Assembly (NCBI GenBank): GCA_040386675.1
Contig: JAZKEZ010000018.1
Coordinates: 4,799 to 68,798 of the forward strand
From: Bacteroidota bacterium
GTDB lineage: Bacteria > Bacteroidota > Bacteroidia > Flavobacteriales_D > Luteibaculaceae
DNA length: 64,000 bases
Direction: 5' to 3'
The position numbers and the translations under genes are program-made. The notes under the pieces are model-generated. The model saw only the letters and a program-made list of their open reading frames with translations. It was not told where the DNA came from and ran no database searches. Shown piece by piece: positions 1-10,400 of this stretch. Each line of letters opens with the position of its first letter. Position 1 is the stretch's first letter.

Positions 1-1914
1 TAGCCGCAGCAATTCTGCACTTACCTGGTCGGCAACAGAATCGGTGGGATTCACCGAGGAGCTGATGCGGTCGTATGTGCTTTCAGCGGCGAGATGTTTT
101 TTCCAGATCGGTTCTTCGGGCTGGTCGACCGGCATTTCCTGCGATGCACTGCCTGTGATCAGTATTTCGGGTTCACTCTCCTGAATTTCTGCCGGCAGGT
201 CTTCAGTTTTGAGTTCCGGAATCCGTTCCGGAACTACGTCAACAGGAGAAGCTGATTTCGGAGCATCTACTGTAACCGGCACAGGATCCGGACGGACTTC
301 AGTCTTTATTTCAGCTCCTGCCTGCATTTTGATGCTTCCGGCTTCCATTTCCACGATCCGATCGCAGAAGTACCGGATCACGTTGTGGTCGTGGGAGATG
401 AAAAGGTAGGTAAGTCCCAGTTCGCGCTGCAATTCGTTGAGCAGGTTCAGTACCTGTGCCTGCACCGAAACGTCCAGCGCAGCCACACTTTCGTCGCAGA
501 TCAGGATCTTCGGATTAACTGCAAGTGCCCTGGCAATAACGATCCGTTGGCGTTGTCCTCCCGAAAATTCATGTGGATAGCGGTCAGCATGTGCTGCCGA
601 AAGTCCTACACGTTCAAGCAGTCCGTTTACACGCGAGGCTGCCTCCTCTTTATTTTTTACCAGTTCGTGAACCAGCATTGGTTCTGCAATCGCATCTCCG
701 ATCCTGATCTTTGGGTTGAGCGAACTGAACGGGTCCTGGAAGATCAGCTGAACTTCACGCGCCCATGTTTTTCCCTGCGACAAGGTAGCGCTGATCACCG
801 GTTTGCCTTTGTAGATCACCTGTCCGGAAGTAGGGGAGACCCAACCGGCCAGCACACGGCCAACGGTTGTTTTTCCGCAGCCAGAAGGTCCGATAACGCC
901 TACGGTTTCTCCCTGGCGTAAACTCAGGCTGACGTCTTTCACGGCAACCACGGGCTGTGGTTTTTTAAGCCACCCGCCGCTTTGGTAAATCACCGAAATG
1001 TGGTCAAGGGTGATGAGTGTCTTCCCGATCTGTTTCTCCGGTAGTATTTTCGGCTTAAAATCAGGATCCGACAGGAAATCGCGCACGGTGGGTAGTACTT
1101 TGCCCCGCTTGCTTTCGTCGGGTTTCGATTTAAGCAGTCCACGGGTATAAGGATGTACAGGATTGGTGAACACCTGTTCCGCAGAACCGGATTCACGAAC
1201 CTCACCGGATTGCATCACCACAACTTGATCTGCAATTTTGCGGACCACGTCCAGATCGTGACTGATAAACAGCAGGGCCATACGATTCTTCCGCTGCAGT
1301 CTGGAGATCAGTTCGAGGATTTCGTCCTGTACTTTGGGATCGAGCGCTGTTGTGGGTTCATCGGCAATGAGCAATACCGGGTTATTTGCCAGTGCCATGG
1401 CGATCATCACACGTTGCTGCTGTCCTCCGCTCAATTCATGAGGATAGCTGTTAAACATTTCCTCCGGCCGCGGCAGCTCCACTTCTTTAAACAGCTGAAC
1501 GACTCTTTTCCGCGTCTTTTCCCGGTCGTTTTCACCTTCATGCGCTGTAATGATTTCGGCTACCTGTTCTCCACACTTCAGCACAGGGTTAAGTGCCGCC
1601 ATTGGTTCCTGGAAGATCATGGAGATCGCTTTCCCGCGAAATTCCCGCATCTTGTCCGGTTCCAAGTCCAGCAGGCTGGTAATCGTCTTCTCGTACTTCA
1701 GAACTATGGTGCCCTCAATAAGGCTTCGTTCAGGATTCAGCAATTGCAGGATACTCAGCGAACTCACTGATTTTCCGGACCCGCTTTCACCAACGATCGC
1801 AAGCGTTTCCCCCTCGCCGATATCAAAGCTCAGGTCGTGAACCACACGTTGGTACCCGGATTTCCCGGCAAACTCAACCGAAAGGTTTCTTACAGAAAGC
1901 ACGCTGTTGGTCAT
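1..1914 (-). CDS. ABC transporter ATP-binding protein with two tandem ABC ATPase domains (DppD/DppF-like fusion); 3' end runs off the window
   Basis: The minus-strand frame is open from ATG at 1914-1912 (MTNSVLSVRNLSVEF...) to base 1. Two Walker A loops are read directly: GESGSGKS (approx 1750-1790) and GPSGCGKTT (approx 850-880). Two signature motifs are present: HELSGGQQQR (approx 1400-1440) and HEFSGGQRQR (approx 545-585). The + ORFs 385-921 and 1153-1770 are antisense shadows. Confidence 0.85.
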   Translation of the reverse strand, partial: MTNSVLSVRNLSVEFAGKSGYQRVVHDLSFDIGEGETLAIVGESGSGKSVSSLSILQLLNPERSLIEGTIVLKYEKTITSLLDLEPDKMREFRGKAISMIFQEPMAALNPVLKCGEQVAEIITAHEGENDREKTRKRVVQLFKEVELPRPEEMFNSYPHELSGGQQQRVMIAMALANNPVLLIADEPTTALDPKVQDEILELISRLQRKNRMALLFISHDLDVVRKIADQVVVMQSGEVRESGSAEQVFTNPVHPYTRGLLKSKPDESKRGKVLPTVRDFLSDPDFKPKILPEKQIGKTLITLDHISVIYQSGGWLKKPQPVVAVKDVSLSLRQGETVGVIGPSGCGKTTVGRVLAGWVSPTSGQVIYKGKPVISATLSQGKTWAREVQLIFQDPFSSLNPKIRIGDAIAEPMLVHELVKNKEEAASRVNGLLERVGLSAAHADRYPHEFSGGQRQRIVIARALAVNPKILICDESVAALDVSVQAQVLNLLNELQRELGLTYLFISHDHNVIRYFCDRIVEMEAGSIKMQAGAEIKTEVRPDPVPVTVDAPKSASPVDVVPERIPELKTEDLPAEIQESEPEILITGSASQEMPVDQPEEPIWKKHLAAESTYDRISSSVNPTDSVADQVSAELLRL

Positions 1915-2009
1915 CTGGGTAGCATTAGGTTCTTTGGGTACATCATGGATCGGGCATTCCACATGTGCTGCGAACGGGTTTTAAATCGGGTGGTCTTCGG
2001 CGTTAATGG

Positions 2010-2414
2010 TTACCCGATCAGGATCCCGGCCTTGTGCAACACAGGGATCGATGTGGTATTGCTCAACTGGATACTCTCGGGTAAAAAGATAAACTTCTTG
2101 TCGAAAATGGTCCGGTCGATGTAAAAACTTACCCAGTATTCATTGGTCAGACCGAACAGTTCTTCCATAATGGGTTCAATCAGCACATACGATTTTGCAG
2201 GGATCACCTCGAAAAAGTGTCGCAGCGTTGAGGTCTTGGTTTTCTCGCCTTTGGCTTCACCGTATCCCGTAGAACTGACCAGCACACTTTCGATCGGCTC
2301 GTCTTTCTGGTTGATCAGGTAAACGTTCCACCTGCTTTCTCCGTCCTCAGCCGTTTCTTTTGTTATTCCAACCGATACTCCCTTTACTTCAGGGATTTCA
2401 ATGTCTTTTCTCAT
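2010..2414 (-). CDS. hypothetical protein (134 aa)
   Basis: Complete ORF. It shares 1 nt with the upstream serine hydrolase gene and lies 95 nt upstream of the ABC gene on the same strand, so it is probably co-transcribed. I cannot name any motif. Confidence 0.55.
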   Translation of the reverse strand: MRKDIEIPEVKGVSVGITKETAEDGESRWNVYLINQKDEPIESVLVSSTGYGEAKGEKTKTSTLRHFFEVIPAKSYVLIEPIMEELFGLTNEYWVSFYIDRTIFDKKFIFLPESIQLSNTTSIPVLHKAGILIG

Positions 2415-3577
2415 TAATGAAGTAATTCTTTTGCGAGGTCAATGTAACGGTACACATCCAGCGGATGCCCGTCTTCATTCACCTCCTCACGTTTCTTGCC
2501 AAGTCTTACTGCTATGGCGTTTTCTTCGGGCAATATTATGATATATTGACCTAAAATTCCACGCAGGTAGTAGTAGTGTTTTCCCTTGTGCTGCACCAGC
2601 CAGAAACTCCGGCTGCTGTAGCGCGAGTTTTCCCCGCCGTCCTTTACCTTTACCGGCGCTGCGGTTCTCGCTTCGGCCACAAACGAACTGTCCAGCAATT
2701 GCTTTCCGTTAAAGTGGCCTTCCTGTAGCATCAGCTGACCCAGCCGGGCAAAATCGGTAGCGGTTGCATACCAGCAGCAATAAGCTTTTTCAGTTCCGCC
2801 GTCGTGATCGAGGCTCCAGTACGCGTCGTGCTCGGCAGCCAAAGGTTGCCACAGTTTGAGGGCAGCATATTCCGATAGTGGCATTCCAATAGCACGCTCT
2901 AGCGCAAGTGCAAGTAATGCGGTGTTCCCGCTTTTATACTCGAACTCCTTTCCCGGCGTGGTTTCAGGTGTCATTTTTTCGACCAGTTTGGTGAGGTCTG
3001 TACCATAATATGCCTCAGCATTGTCAGAAAACGGGTTGCCGCTGCTTTCGGTCCAGGTCAGCCCGGAGGTCATAGACATCAGGTGTTCCAGCGTCACTTT
3101 CTCGCAACCCGGCTTGTTGAACTCCTTCAGGTACTTGTTCACCGGATCCTGCAAACTGGCAATATATCCCTCCTGATGCGCAATTTGTGTAAGCATCGCC
3201 ACAATGCTTTTCGCCATCGAAAACGAGTTGGACACCGTAGTATCGGTATGTTCGTCGAAGTACTGCTCATGGAACAACTCCCCGTTTCTTACAACCAGAA
3301 AAGCCTTTGTTCCCAAGGAGTTCAGGTAATCTTCACCCGGTTTCCCGATTGCTTTTGTATTGTAGTCGGATGCCTTTTTCCAGGACTTGTGCTGGCGCGA
3401 AGGAATAGTTCTTGAATCGAATTTTTTAAGATCGTAGATTCCCGGCCCCGACTGACCGCTTAAATAGGTCTTTGCAATGGCAGTGTAGAAATAGGTCTTA
3501 CCAAACAGGATAACCCCGGTATTAAAAAGTATAAACGCAACTAAAAGTAACCACCCAAGTTTTTTGAAGATCTTCAT
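2414..3577 (-). CDS. serine hydrolase, beta-lactamase/PBP family
   Basis: ORF 2414-3736 is trimmed to the internal ATG at 3577, which gives MKIFKKLGWLLLVAFILFNTGVILF (membrane anchor/signal). It has an SxxK motif (FSMAKSI) and the overall look of class C beta-lactamase-like esterases. Confidence 0.82.
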   Translation of the reverse strand: MKIFKKLGWLLLVAFILFNTGVILFGKTYFYTAIAKTYLSGQSGPGIYDLKKFDSRTIPSRQHKSWKKASDYNTKAIGKPGEDYLNSLGTKAFLVVRNGELFHEQYFDEHTDTTVSNSFSMAKSIVAMLTQIAHQEGYIASLQDPVNKYLKEFNKPGCEKVTLEHLMSMTSGLTWTESSGNPFSDNAEAYYGTDLTKLVEKMTPETTPGKEFEYKSGNTALLALALERAIGMPLSEYAALKLWQPLAAEHDAYWSLDHDGGTEKAYCCWYATATDFARLGQLMLQEGHFNGKQLLDSSFVAEARTAAPVKVKDGGENSRYSSRSFWLVQHKGKHYYYLRGILGQYIIILPEENAIAVRLGKKREEVNEDGHPLDVYRYIDLAKELLH

Positions 3578-3890
3578 TTTTTCGGCCTTGTTTGAATCGG
3601 GAAGATAGTAATAATGCCAACCCGGCTTTCCAATATCAACCCAAGAATGAGTAGTCGGGCAGTTCGTTAATTTGTTGAAAAGGAGAAATTGGACCAGGTT
3701 TTTAACGTTGTGATAACTATTGACACCACTAACCACTTAAATCTCACCCACCTATGGCTAGGATCATGAAATACGTAGAAAGCTGGTTTAATAAGCGTTA
3801 TGGCTGGCTGCTCACAAACGGCAACAAAGAATTACCTTTTTTTGAGGGCGAGGACAACGAGATCAGTTGATCAATAAGCAGCGTGTTTTT

Positions 3891-3953
3891 TTAACCGCAA
3901 AGACCGCTAAGAAAACCGCAAAGGGCACAGAGAGATGATCTCAGCGCCCTTTG
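3891..3953. repeat. CCGCAAAG-word element (TTAACCGCAAAG, CCGCTAAG, AACCGCAAAGGGC) with an 8-bp hairpin CAAAGGGC/GCCCTTTG
   Basis: Read directly. It shares TTTTAACCGCAAAG and AACCGCAAAGGGC with the element at 31416-31507, and shares them in reverse complement with 41666-41710. Confidence 0.7.
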
Positions 3954-4003
3954 GGTATAACACCTTTCTCAGTCAAAAGTGTTTATCAGCAATAAATAAG
4001 TAC

Positions 4004-4024
4004 GTCATTCCGGGCGCAGCGAGG
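4004..4024. repeat. half-copy of the CTCGCTGCGC-word element, directly 3' of the 4028-4732 gene
   Basis: The sequence is GTCATTCCGGGCGCAGCGAGG. Its reverse complement CCTCGCTGCGCCCGGAATGAC resembles the left arm of the 34980-35040 hairpin (TCTCGCTGCGCTCGACATGAC). Confidence 0.6.
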
Positions 4025-4027
4025 AAC

Positions 4028-4732
4028 CTACTTCTTTCTCACCCTGATCACCTTTTTAATAATCACAGTCTCCCCTTCAGCACCCTCAACTCCATACTTT
4101 TTCTTTAATTCTGCCGGCGTCAGCGTTTCCTCAGTCTCGCGTACCACAGTTGTGCCTGAGCGGTTCGTATACCTGGAATTTGACGTGCTGTTCTGCGCAG
4201 GATCCTCGAGGTGTTTCTCAAGCTTTTCCATTTGTTTCTGAAACTCCTTGCTGTCGAAATTCTTGCTGTCAAAAGAGAAGTGTGTCGAGTCCATGGTGAA
4301 GTTGAAATCTTTAGCGATATCATTGAGCATTTGGCCCATTTCGATCTCTTCTATTTCCTCTTTCCCGTTTTCATCGATCTTCTTAATGATCATCTTTCCA
4401 TCCTTATGGATCACCGAAACCTCACCGTCATCGTGACTTACGTGCACTGAACCATTAGGACTGCCAGAAGCTTCATCTTCAGTCCACACCTGGAAATTAT
4501 TGGAATTTTTTCCGTCATTCAGCTCCTGCATTTTGGCATTTGCTTCGTCGCCGGTGTATACCTCCTTTTTCTCTTTCCCATTTTCCCGCGTTACAATGGT
4601 GAGTGTTTGTTTACCGTTATTGTTGCTGTATTCCACCTTTCGGTTTACCGATGTATTGGGTTTACTTTGTGCGGATACGCTTACAGACCCGATTATCAGA
4701 GCTGTAGCAAGAAATAGTTGTACCTGTTTCAT
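4028..4732 (-). CDS. hypothetical secreted protein, Lys/Glu/Asn-rich
   Basis: ATG at 4732; the ORF track begins at an upstream TTG. Signal peptide MKQVQLFLATALIIGSVSVSAQ. No recognisable domain. Confidence 0.68.
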   Translation of the reverse strand: MKQVQLFLATALIIGSVSVSAQSKPNTSVNRKVEYSNNNGKQTLTIVTRENGKEKKEVYTGDEANAKMQELNDGKNSNNFQVWTEDEASGSPNGSVHVSHDDGEVSVIHKDGKMIIKKIDENGKEEIEEIEMGQMLNDIAKDFNFTMDSTHFSFDSKNFDSKEFQKQMEKLEKHLEDPAQNSTSNSRYTNRSGTTVVRETEETLTPAELKKKYGVEGAEGETVIIKKVIRVRKK

Positions 4733-4851
4733 AAACAAATGGTTTGAGGTTGATGGATCAAAACTACTTTAGGCCGGTGTGGGATGTGGTTAATGGGCGG
4801 TTAAATGCAGTTAAAAGTTGTTAAGCATTGGTTTGTAGGGAGTTGCCCGGA

Positions 4852-4859
4852 TAAATTTG
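4852..4859 (+). promoter_or_regulatory. candidate Bacteroidota -7 box TAAATTTG (TAnnTTTG) with TTTG at 4832-4835
   Basis: Exact match to the consensus, 16 nt upstream of ATG 4876 of the histidine kinase gene. Confidence 0.45.
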
Positions 4860-4875
4860 TTTTGTGAAAAAGGGG

Positions 4876-6462
4876 ATGATCAGATACCTGGTAATTGCTA
4901 CCAGTGCGGCGTTGTTAGGATTGATTACCGTACAGTTCTACTGGATCGGCAATGCGATTGAATTAAGAGAGCAGGAATTTAGCCAGAGTGTAGACAATGC
5001 ATTGTTCTCCGTAGTCCAGAAACTGGAGAAAAAAGAGGCGATTGATCACATCGAGGCACACGACCTCGGGAAACTCATGTTCCGGGTAAACAACAACAGC
5101 AATACCATTCATTCAGGAACCGGCGAACTCAACGACTCGGTACTTTTTGCCGGCAAATCCGGGACTTACCGCATCCGCATCCGCGAAGAAAACCAGAGGG
5201 ACACCATCAACGGGTATATCCGCAACTCAAAGATCACCCGCAAAACCATAGAAAACGAGAACGGACAGCCGCTCGACCTCAATCCTTCAACACTCGATTC
5301 GATCTCAACTGCCTGGCAGGATGCCTCACAAACCGACCACAACTCCCGCGTTTCGATGCTTGAAGAAGTGGCCAATCAGTGGTTCTCCGGAACACTTTCA
5401 AAACCGCTTTCTGAACGCATTAACCCCGAATACCTGGATTCTGTTATCCGCTGCGAACTCAAATGCCGTGGAATAAAGACCGACTACAAACTCGGCATCT
5501 TCAGCGCACAGGGCGAACCGCTCCAGCTGGTGAGCAACGGCGACCGCGCCCTGAACAAACTTCATCCGGAGGTCTTCCATGCCAGGTTGTTTCCGAACGA
5601 CCTCATCGTAAACCCGAATTTCCTGACTATATATTTCCCGAACCAGAAGATATACCTCGTGAAAACGGTATGGTTAATGCTGCTGGCTTCCGTACTCTTT
5701 ATCGGGATTATTCTGATGACCTTCATTAAAACCATTCAAACCATCCTCAAGCAGAAAAAGCTGAACGAGATCAAGAACGATTTCATCAGCAACATGACGC
5801 ACGAGCTGAAAACCCCGATCAGTACGATCTCCCTGGCCTGCGAAGCCATCTCCGATCCTGATGTCGACAAAAACAGTCAGCGGGTACACAGTTTTGTTGG
5901 AATGATACGCGACGAGAACCGTCGATTGGGAATGCTGGTGGAAAACGTGCTGAAAAGCGCCGTACTCGACAGGGGAGAGGTGACGATGGAGAAAGACGAG
6001 ATCGAACTGAACGACCTGATCAAAGATGTGGTAAAGAACATCCAGATCCAGGCGTCAAGCAGGGGAGGATACATCGGAATTTCGCTCAACGCCGTAAATT
6101 CGGTGATCAAGGCAGACCGGGTGCACTTTTCCAATATCATCTACAATTTATTAGACAATGCTGTAAAGTATTCCACGAAAGCTCCTGAAGTGCTGATCTC
6201 CACTTCATCCGACAAACATGGAATCACCGTTAAAGTAGCAGACAAAGGTCTCGGGATATCCCGCGACGACCAGAAAAAGATTTTTGAGAAATTTTACCGG
6301 GTGCCAACCGGAAACGTGCACAACGTGAAAGGATTTGGTTTAGGTTTGAGTTACGTGAAAGCCATCGTTGAGAAGCATTCCGGGACCATAGACCTGGAAA
6401 GCACAATGGGCAGAGGCTCGGTATTTACTATTTATATCCCTTTTCAATATGAGCAAGATTAA
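4876..6462 (+). CDS. sensor histidine kinase (HisKA/HATPase_c)
   Basis: H-box FISNMTHELKTPIS, N-box LLDNAVKYS, G-boxes DKGLGI and GFGLGLSYVKAIVEKHSG. There is an N-terminal TM segment and an internal TM segment VWLMLLASVLFIGIILMTF. The start is ambiguous between GTG 4864 and ATG 4876. Confidence 0.9.
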   Translation: MIRYLVIATSAALLGLITVQFYWIGNAIELREQEFSQSVDNALFSVVQKLEKKEAIDHIEAHDLGKLMFRVNNNSNTIHSGTGELNDSVLFAGKSGTYRIRIREENQRDTINGYIRNSKITRKTIENENGQPLDLNPSTLDSISTAWQDASQTDHNSRVSMLEEVANQWFSGTLSKPLSERINPEYLDSVIRCELKCRGIKTDYKLGIFSAQGEPLQLVSNGDRALNKLHPEVFHARLFPNDLIVNPNFLTIYFPNQKIYLVKTVWLMLLASVLFIGIILMTFIKTIQTILKQKKLNEIKNDFISNMTHELKTPISTISLACEAISDPDVDKNSQRVHSFVGMIRDENRRLGMLVENVLKSAVLDRGEVTMEKDEIELNDLIKDVVKNIQIQASSRGGYIGISLNAVNSVIKADRVHFSNIIYNLLDNAVKYSTKAPEVLISTSSDKHGITVKVADKGLGISRDDQKKIFEKFYRVPTGNVHNVKGFGLGLSYVKAIVEKHSGTIDLESTMGRGSVFTIYIPFQYEQD

Positions 6463-7135
6463 AGTACTGGTAGTAGAAGACGACCCGAACCTCGGGACTT
6501 TGCTGAGCGAATACCTCAATGCAAAAGGCTTCGAAACCAAACTGTGTAATAATGGAGAAACCGGCTTCGAGGCATTTAAAAACCAGAAGTTCGACATCCT
6601 TTTGCTGGATGTGATGATGCCTGTGAAAGACGGCTTTACCCTGGCCGCAGAGATCCGCACAACCGACAAAAATGTGCCGATCATCTTCCTGACCGCGAAA
6701 TCACTGAAAGAAGATACCCTGAAAGGATTTGAGGTTGGCGGCGACGATTACCTCACCAAGCCTTTTACCATGGAAGTATTGCTGGCACGGATGAATGCGG
6801 TGCTGCGCCGCTCCGGTGCGCTCGATAATCTGGAGGAAAAAGTGTTCCGCATCGGAGAATACATTTTCGATCACGAACACCAGCTGCTGAAGCACTTTGA
6901 GGAAGAGCGTAAGCTTACTACCAAAGAAAACGACCTGCTGTACCTGCTGTGTAAAAACAAGAATACCGTTCTCGAAAGAGACGCTGCGCTGAGATTCATC
7001 TGGGGCGACGACAATTACTTCAACGGACGTAGTATGGACGTTTACATTGCCAAATTGAGAAAGTACCTCAAGGAAGACGAATCGGTGGAAATTGTGAATG
7101 TTCACGGCAGAGGTTTTAAACTTTTGCTCAACTAA
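6449..7135 (+). CDS. response regulator transcription factor, OmpR/PhoB family
   Basis: Receiver domain (VLVVEDD, LLLDVMMP, LTAK) plus a winged-helix output domain (MDVYIAKLRKYL, VHGRGFKL). The ATG overlaps the kinase stop by 14 nt. Confidence 0.93.
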   Translation: MSKIKVLVVEDDPNLGTLLSEYLNAKGFETKLCNNGETGFEAFKNQKFDILLLDVMMPVKDGFTLAAEIRTTDKNVPIIFLTAKSLKEDTLKGFEVGGDDYLTKPFTMEVLLARMNAVLRRSGALDNLEEKVFRIGEYIFDHEHQLLKHFEEERKLTTKENDLLYLLCKNKNTVLERDAALRFIWGDDNYFNGRSMDVYIAKLRKYLKEDESVEIVNVHGRGFKLLLN

Positions 7136-7218
7136 ACCCGCCGGTTTTTCGGTGTTAAGTTTACAATCTGCTTATCACTGAAAGATCACCGATAATCCCA
7201 CATTAATTTTTTGATTTG

Positions 7219-7246
7219 AAGCCCGGTCTGTTTTACAGCCGGGCTT
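7219..7246 (+). terminator. hairpin AAGCCCGG...CCGGGCTT downstream of the two-component operon
   Basis: An 8-bp GC-rich stem is read directly, extended by CTG/CAG. The following T-run is weak (CTTTC). Confidence 0.5.
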
Positions 7247-7439
7247 TCTAGTTTACTGATCTTCAGGTTTATATATTGATAAAATACGTAGCGTGCCGTA
7301 TTGTTTCGAATAGTTGTAAAATAAATCCGGTGAATGGGTAAAAATCCAAGGTTGAGCTGTGGAAAAAATTCTATTTTTGCCGTTAGCTATAAATAGTGTT
7401 TGGAAACTACTTAAAGATTTAAATGAAAAACAACTACCT

Positions 7440-10400
7440 ATGAAACAATTCAACCAATGGCTTCTTGCTTTGGGAATCATGTGTTTCTCGCTTGGTGTTT
7501 GGGCACAGGATACGCCCAATGCCTGCGGTTCTGCATACTTGATCCCAACCGGAGGCTCTCGCTCTGTGTCAATACCGGCTTCCTCAGATACGGTATGGCA
7601 TTCGTTTACCCCCGCTGCCAACGGGTACATTACCATCAGTTCTTGCGACAAGTCAAACACTACGGCTGATACCAGGCTTTTCCTTTTCCAGGGAACCTGC
7701 GGATCTTTGGTGCCGGTAGCAACAAGCGACAATGACTGTGGACTGGCTGCTGCATTGAACAATATCGCAGTAGTTGGCGGACAGACTTATTTCATCCGTT
7801 GGGACAATAAGGCTGCAACAGCTCTTAGCTTTATTTTCACTACTTCATTCGTTGCAAGCGGGTCATACACTCAGCCTGCTAACGATAACATTTGTAACGC
7901 TACAGCTATTACTGTTGGCGGTTCATCAGTTGCCGGTAACAACCAATACGCAACTGTTCAGGGAAGTGCAGAACAAAACCTGTCTATTCCTGTAGTAGCC
8001 AATGCAACTCAAAGCGGCTGGCTCATCGATCGTAACATCCACAGTTCAGTTTGGTACAAATTCGTTGCTCCTACTACAAATGCAGTAACGATCGGTATTT
8101 CAAGTGCATTCGATCACCAGGTGGCGGTTTTCTCAGGAAACTGTAACAACATCGCTTCACTTACTTTCCTATCTGCTTTTGATGACGTAAACAGCGGCGA
8201 AAGCTACTGTGTTACTGCAGGTAATACCTACTACATTCTTGTTGACGGTTTCGGAACTGAAACCGGTGCTCACACAGTATCCATTAACGGTCTTGACCTG
8301 ATCAGACCACACATCGCAATCATCGATGTAACCACTAACGCGGTTAACGGAGCGCTTTGCCCTGGTTCTTCTAACTGGAACCTGACCGGCAGACTTGCTT
8401 CTCAATCAAATCTAGCTACTGTATCAACGTTTGGTTATGTTAACTCACTAATGTACTCATGGAATGGTACTCCTTCTTCAAGTGTTCTTCCGGCAGTTGG
8501 TGCAGGTGCATACAACCTGACGATCACTGATGTTTGTGGTGCGACCTATACTGCATCTGTTGTTCTTGCCGACACTACTATCGAAACTTTCGATTTGCAA
8601 CTTGGAACCATCAACGGTCCGCTTTGTGTAGATAGCGCAAACGGTTCAGTAATTCTTAGTTCAGTTGCCGGATACAAATTCGCTGACGGTTCTCACAATG
8701 CAACCGACAGCATCCACTACACTTACAAATACCTTCCGTCTATCACTCCAACCAACACCCAGATCTTTGGTGCACCGGTAGTAGGAGTAGCTAACATTAA
8801 CCAATTCAGCAACCTGTATGAAGGATTCTACCGCGTTTACGCAATGGATGCCTGCGGAAATGTTGACTCGGTTTCTTTTGCATTGGTAGATCCGGTTTCA
8901 ACTCCTGTTGTACTGGACCTAGTATCTGCAAACAATCCAATCTGTAACAGTTCTTCTACCGGTAGCATCACCATCAGCGCAACCGGCGGAGCTGCAAAGC
9001 CACTTACCTACACTTGGGAACTGAGCACAGACGGTGGAAACATCTGGTTGCCAACTTCTTTCAACACAGCAACCATTTCTGATGTACCAGCCGGTATGTA
9101 CAGAGTAGTAGCTTCAGATCCTTGTGGTCAGCCTTCTGATACACTGGTAGTTACTCTGGTTGATCCTTCAGTTTCTCACCTTTCTTACACTGCTTCACAA
9201 ACTAACCCAACTACCTTCGCAGCTAAAAATGGCTCGATTGCACTAACTGTGTCTGGTGGACTTCCACTTCACAGTTCAGTATGGTTTGTTGATGGTGTGA
9301 TTACTCCTGAGTACAACAATGCATTGTCACTGAGCAATCTTCCACAGGGAATTTACCGTGTGGTAGTTTCTGATACCTGTATTCTTTCAGGCATCATCGA
9401 CACTACTTTTGTTCTTCTTGCTCCTCTTAGCAACGACGTAGCTTGTGATGCAATTACCATCACTGAAAACGACACACTTACAACGTATCACAACTTCGGG
9501 GCAAACGCTACCGAAGGTCTTGATATTCCTTACAGCCAGGATGGACGTTTCACAGGATGGGGTATTGATACCAACATCAACCGTTCAGTTTGGTTCAAAT
9601 TTGTTGCTCCTGCGAGCGGTGCAGTTTCTCTGAAAGCATCACACTACCAGGGACTTAACTCTAACCTGAACTTCGATGCTCAGGTAGCTGTATTCAGCGT
9701 TGGTGCTTGCGCCACTGAGTCAGGATACAGCCTTATTGCTGCAAACGACAACAACTTCAACGGCGGACCGGTTAACGATGCTTACGTTGAGGCACTTTGT
9801 CTTACTCCGGGAACTACCTACTACGTTCTTGTAGACGGTTACCAGGGTATCGGCGAGGAAGGTATTTTCTCTCTCGACCTGAATGCACTTAACATCAGCC
9901 CGCTTACTGTAAATACTTCTGCCAGCCAGCCAACGTGTATCGATCCTCTTGGAGAGATCTCTTTCAGCAACATCACTGGTGGTGTATACAGCGAGCAACC
10001 TGAACTTTACACCTATACTTACACCTTCTCAGGTGGCGGAAGCGGTAAGATCACTGTTGACGGTTTTGGTGACATTGTTACTGTAGACGATACAGCTGCA
10101 ACATCAATCACTTTCGATTCACTTACCAGCGGTTCATATACCGTTACTATTTTCGATACTTGCGGTCACTCTGTGGTTAGCACGATCGAGATCGCTCCTA
10201 TTCCGTTCACTCCTTTCGATCTTCAGTACACACTTGAGCAGCCTTATTGCCCTGGTGACGTACCTGGTGGTTCAATCGAATTCACACTAACAGGTGGTGG
10301 TACTCCTGACCAGTACGTTTACGAGATCCGTAAAACAACTACTTCTGTACTTCCTTTCGTTACCGGAAACTACAACTCACTTCCTGTTACCGAAGGTCTT

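Noticed and set aside
2414-3736. Longest-ORF N-terminal extensions at 2414-3736, 7359, 12742, 33837, 45367, 47555, 47964, 54337, 55371 and 56217.
   Set aside because: In each case a downstream start yields a proper signal peptide or matches the conserved family N-terminus. The extension instead runs through promoter, terminator or the preceding gene.
7136-7439. Invertible (phase-variable) promoter upstream of the giant adhesin genes, also checked at 15210-15402.
   Set aside because: Only a weak, imperfect 10-11-nt inverted repeat is present (about 7178-7190 against 7254-7267), and it encloses the terminator hairpin. No recombinase gene is nearby. There are no flanking repeats at the second locus.
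7253-7762. A 169-aa minus-strand ORF spanning the promoter region and 5' end of the giant type A gene.
   Set aside because: It has no signal, motif or plausible start context. It overlaps a terminator hairpin and the well-supported + strand signal peptide region.
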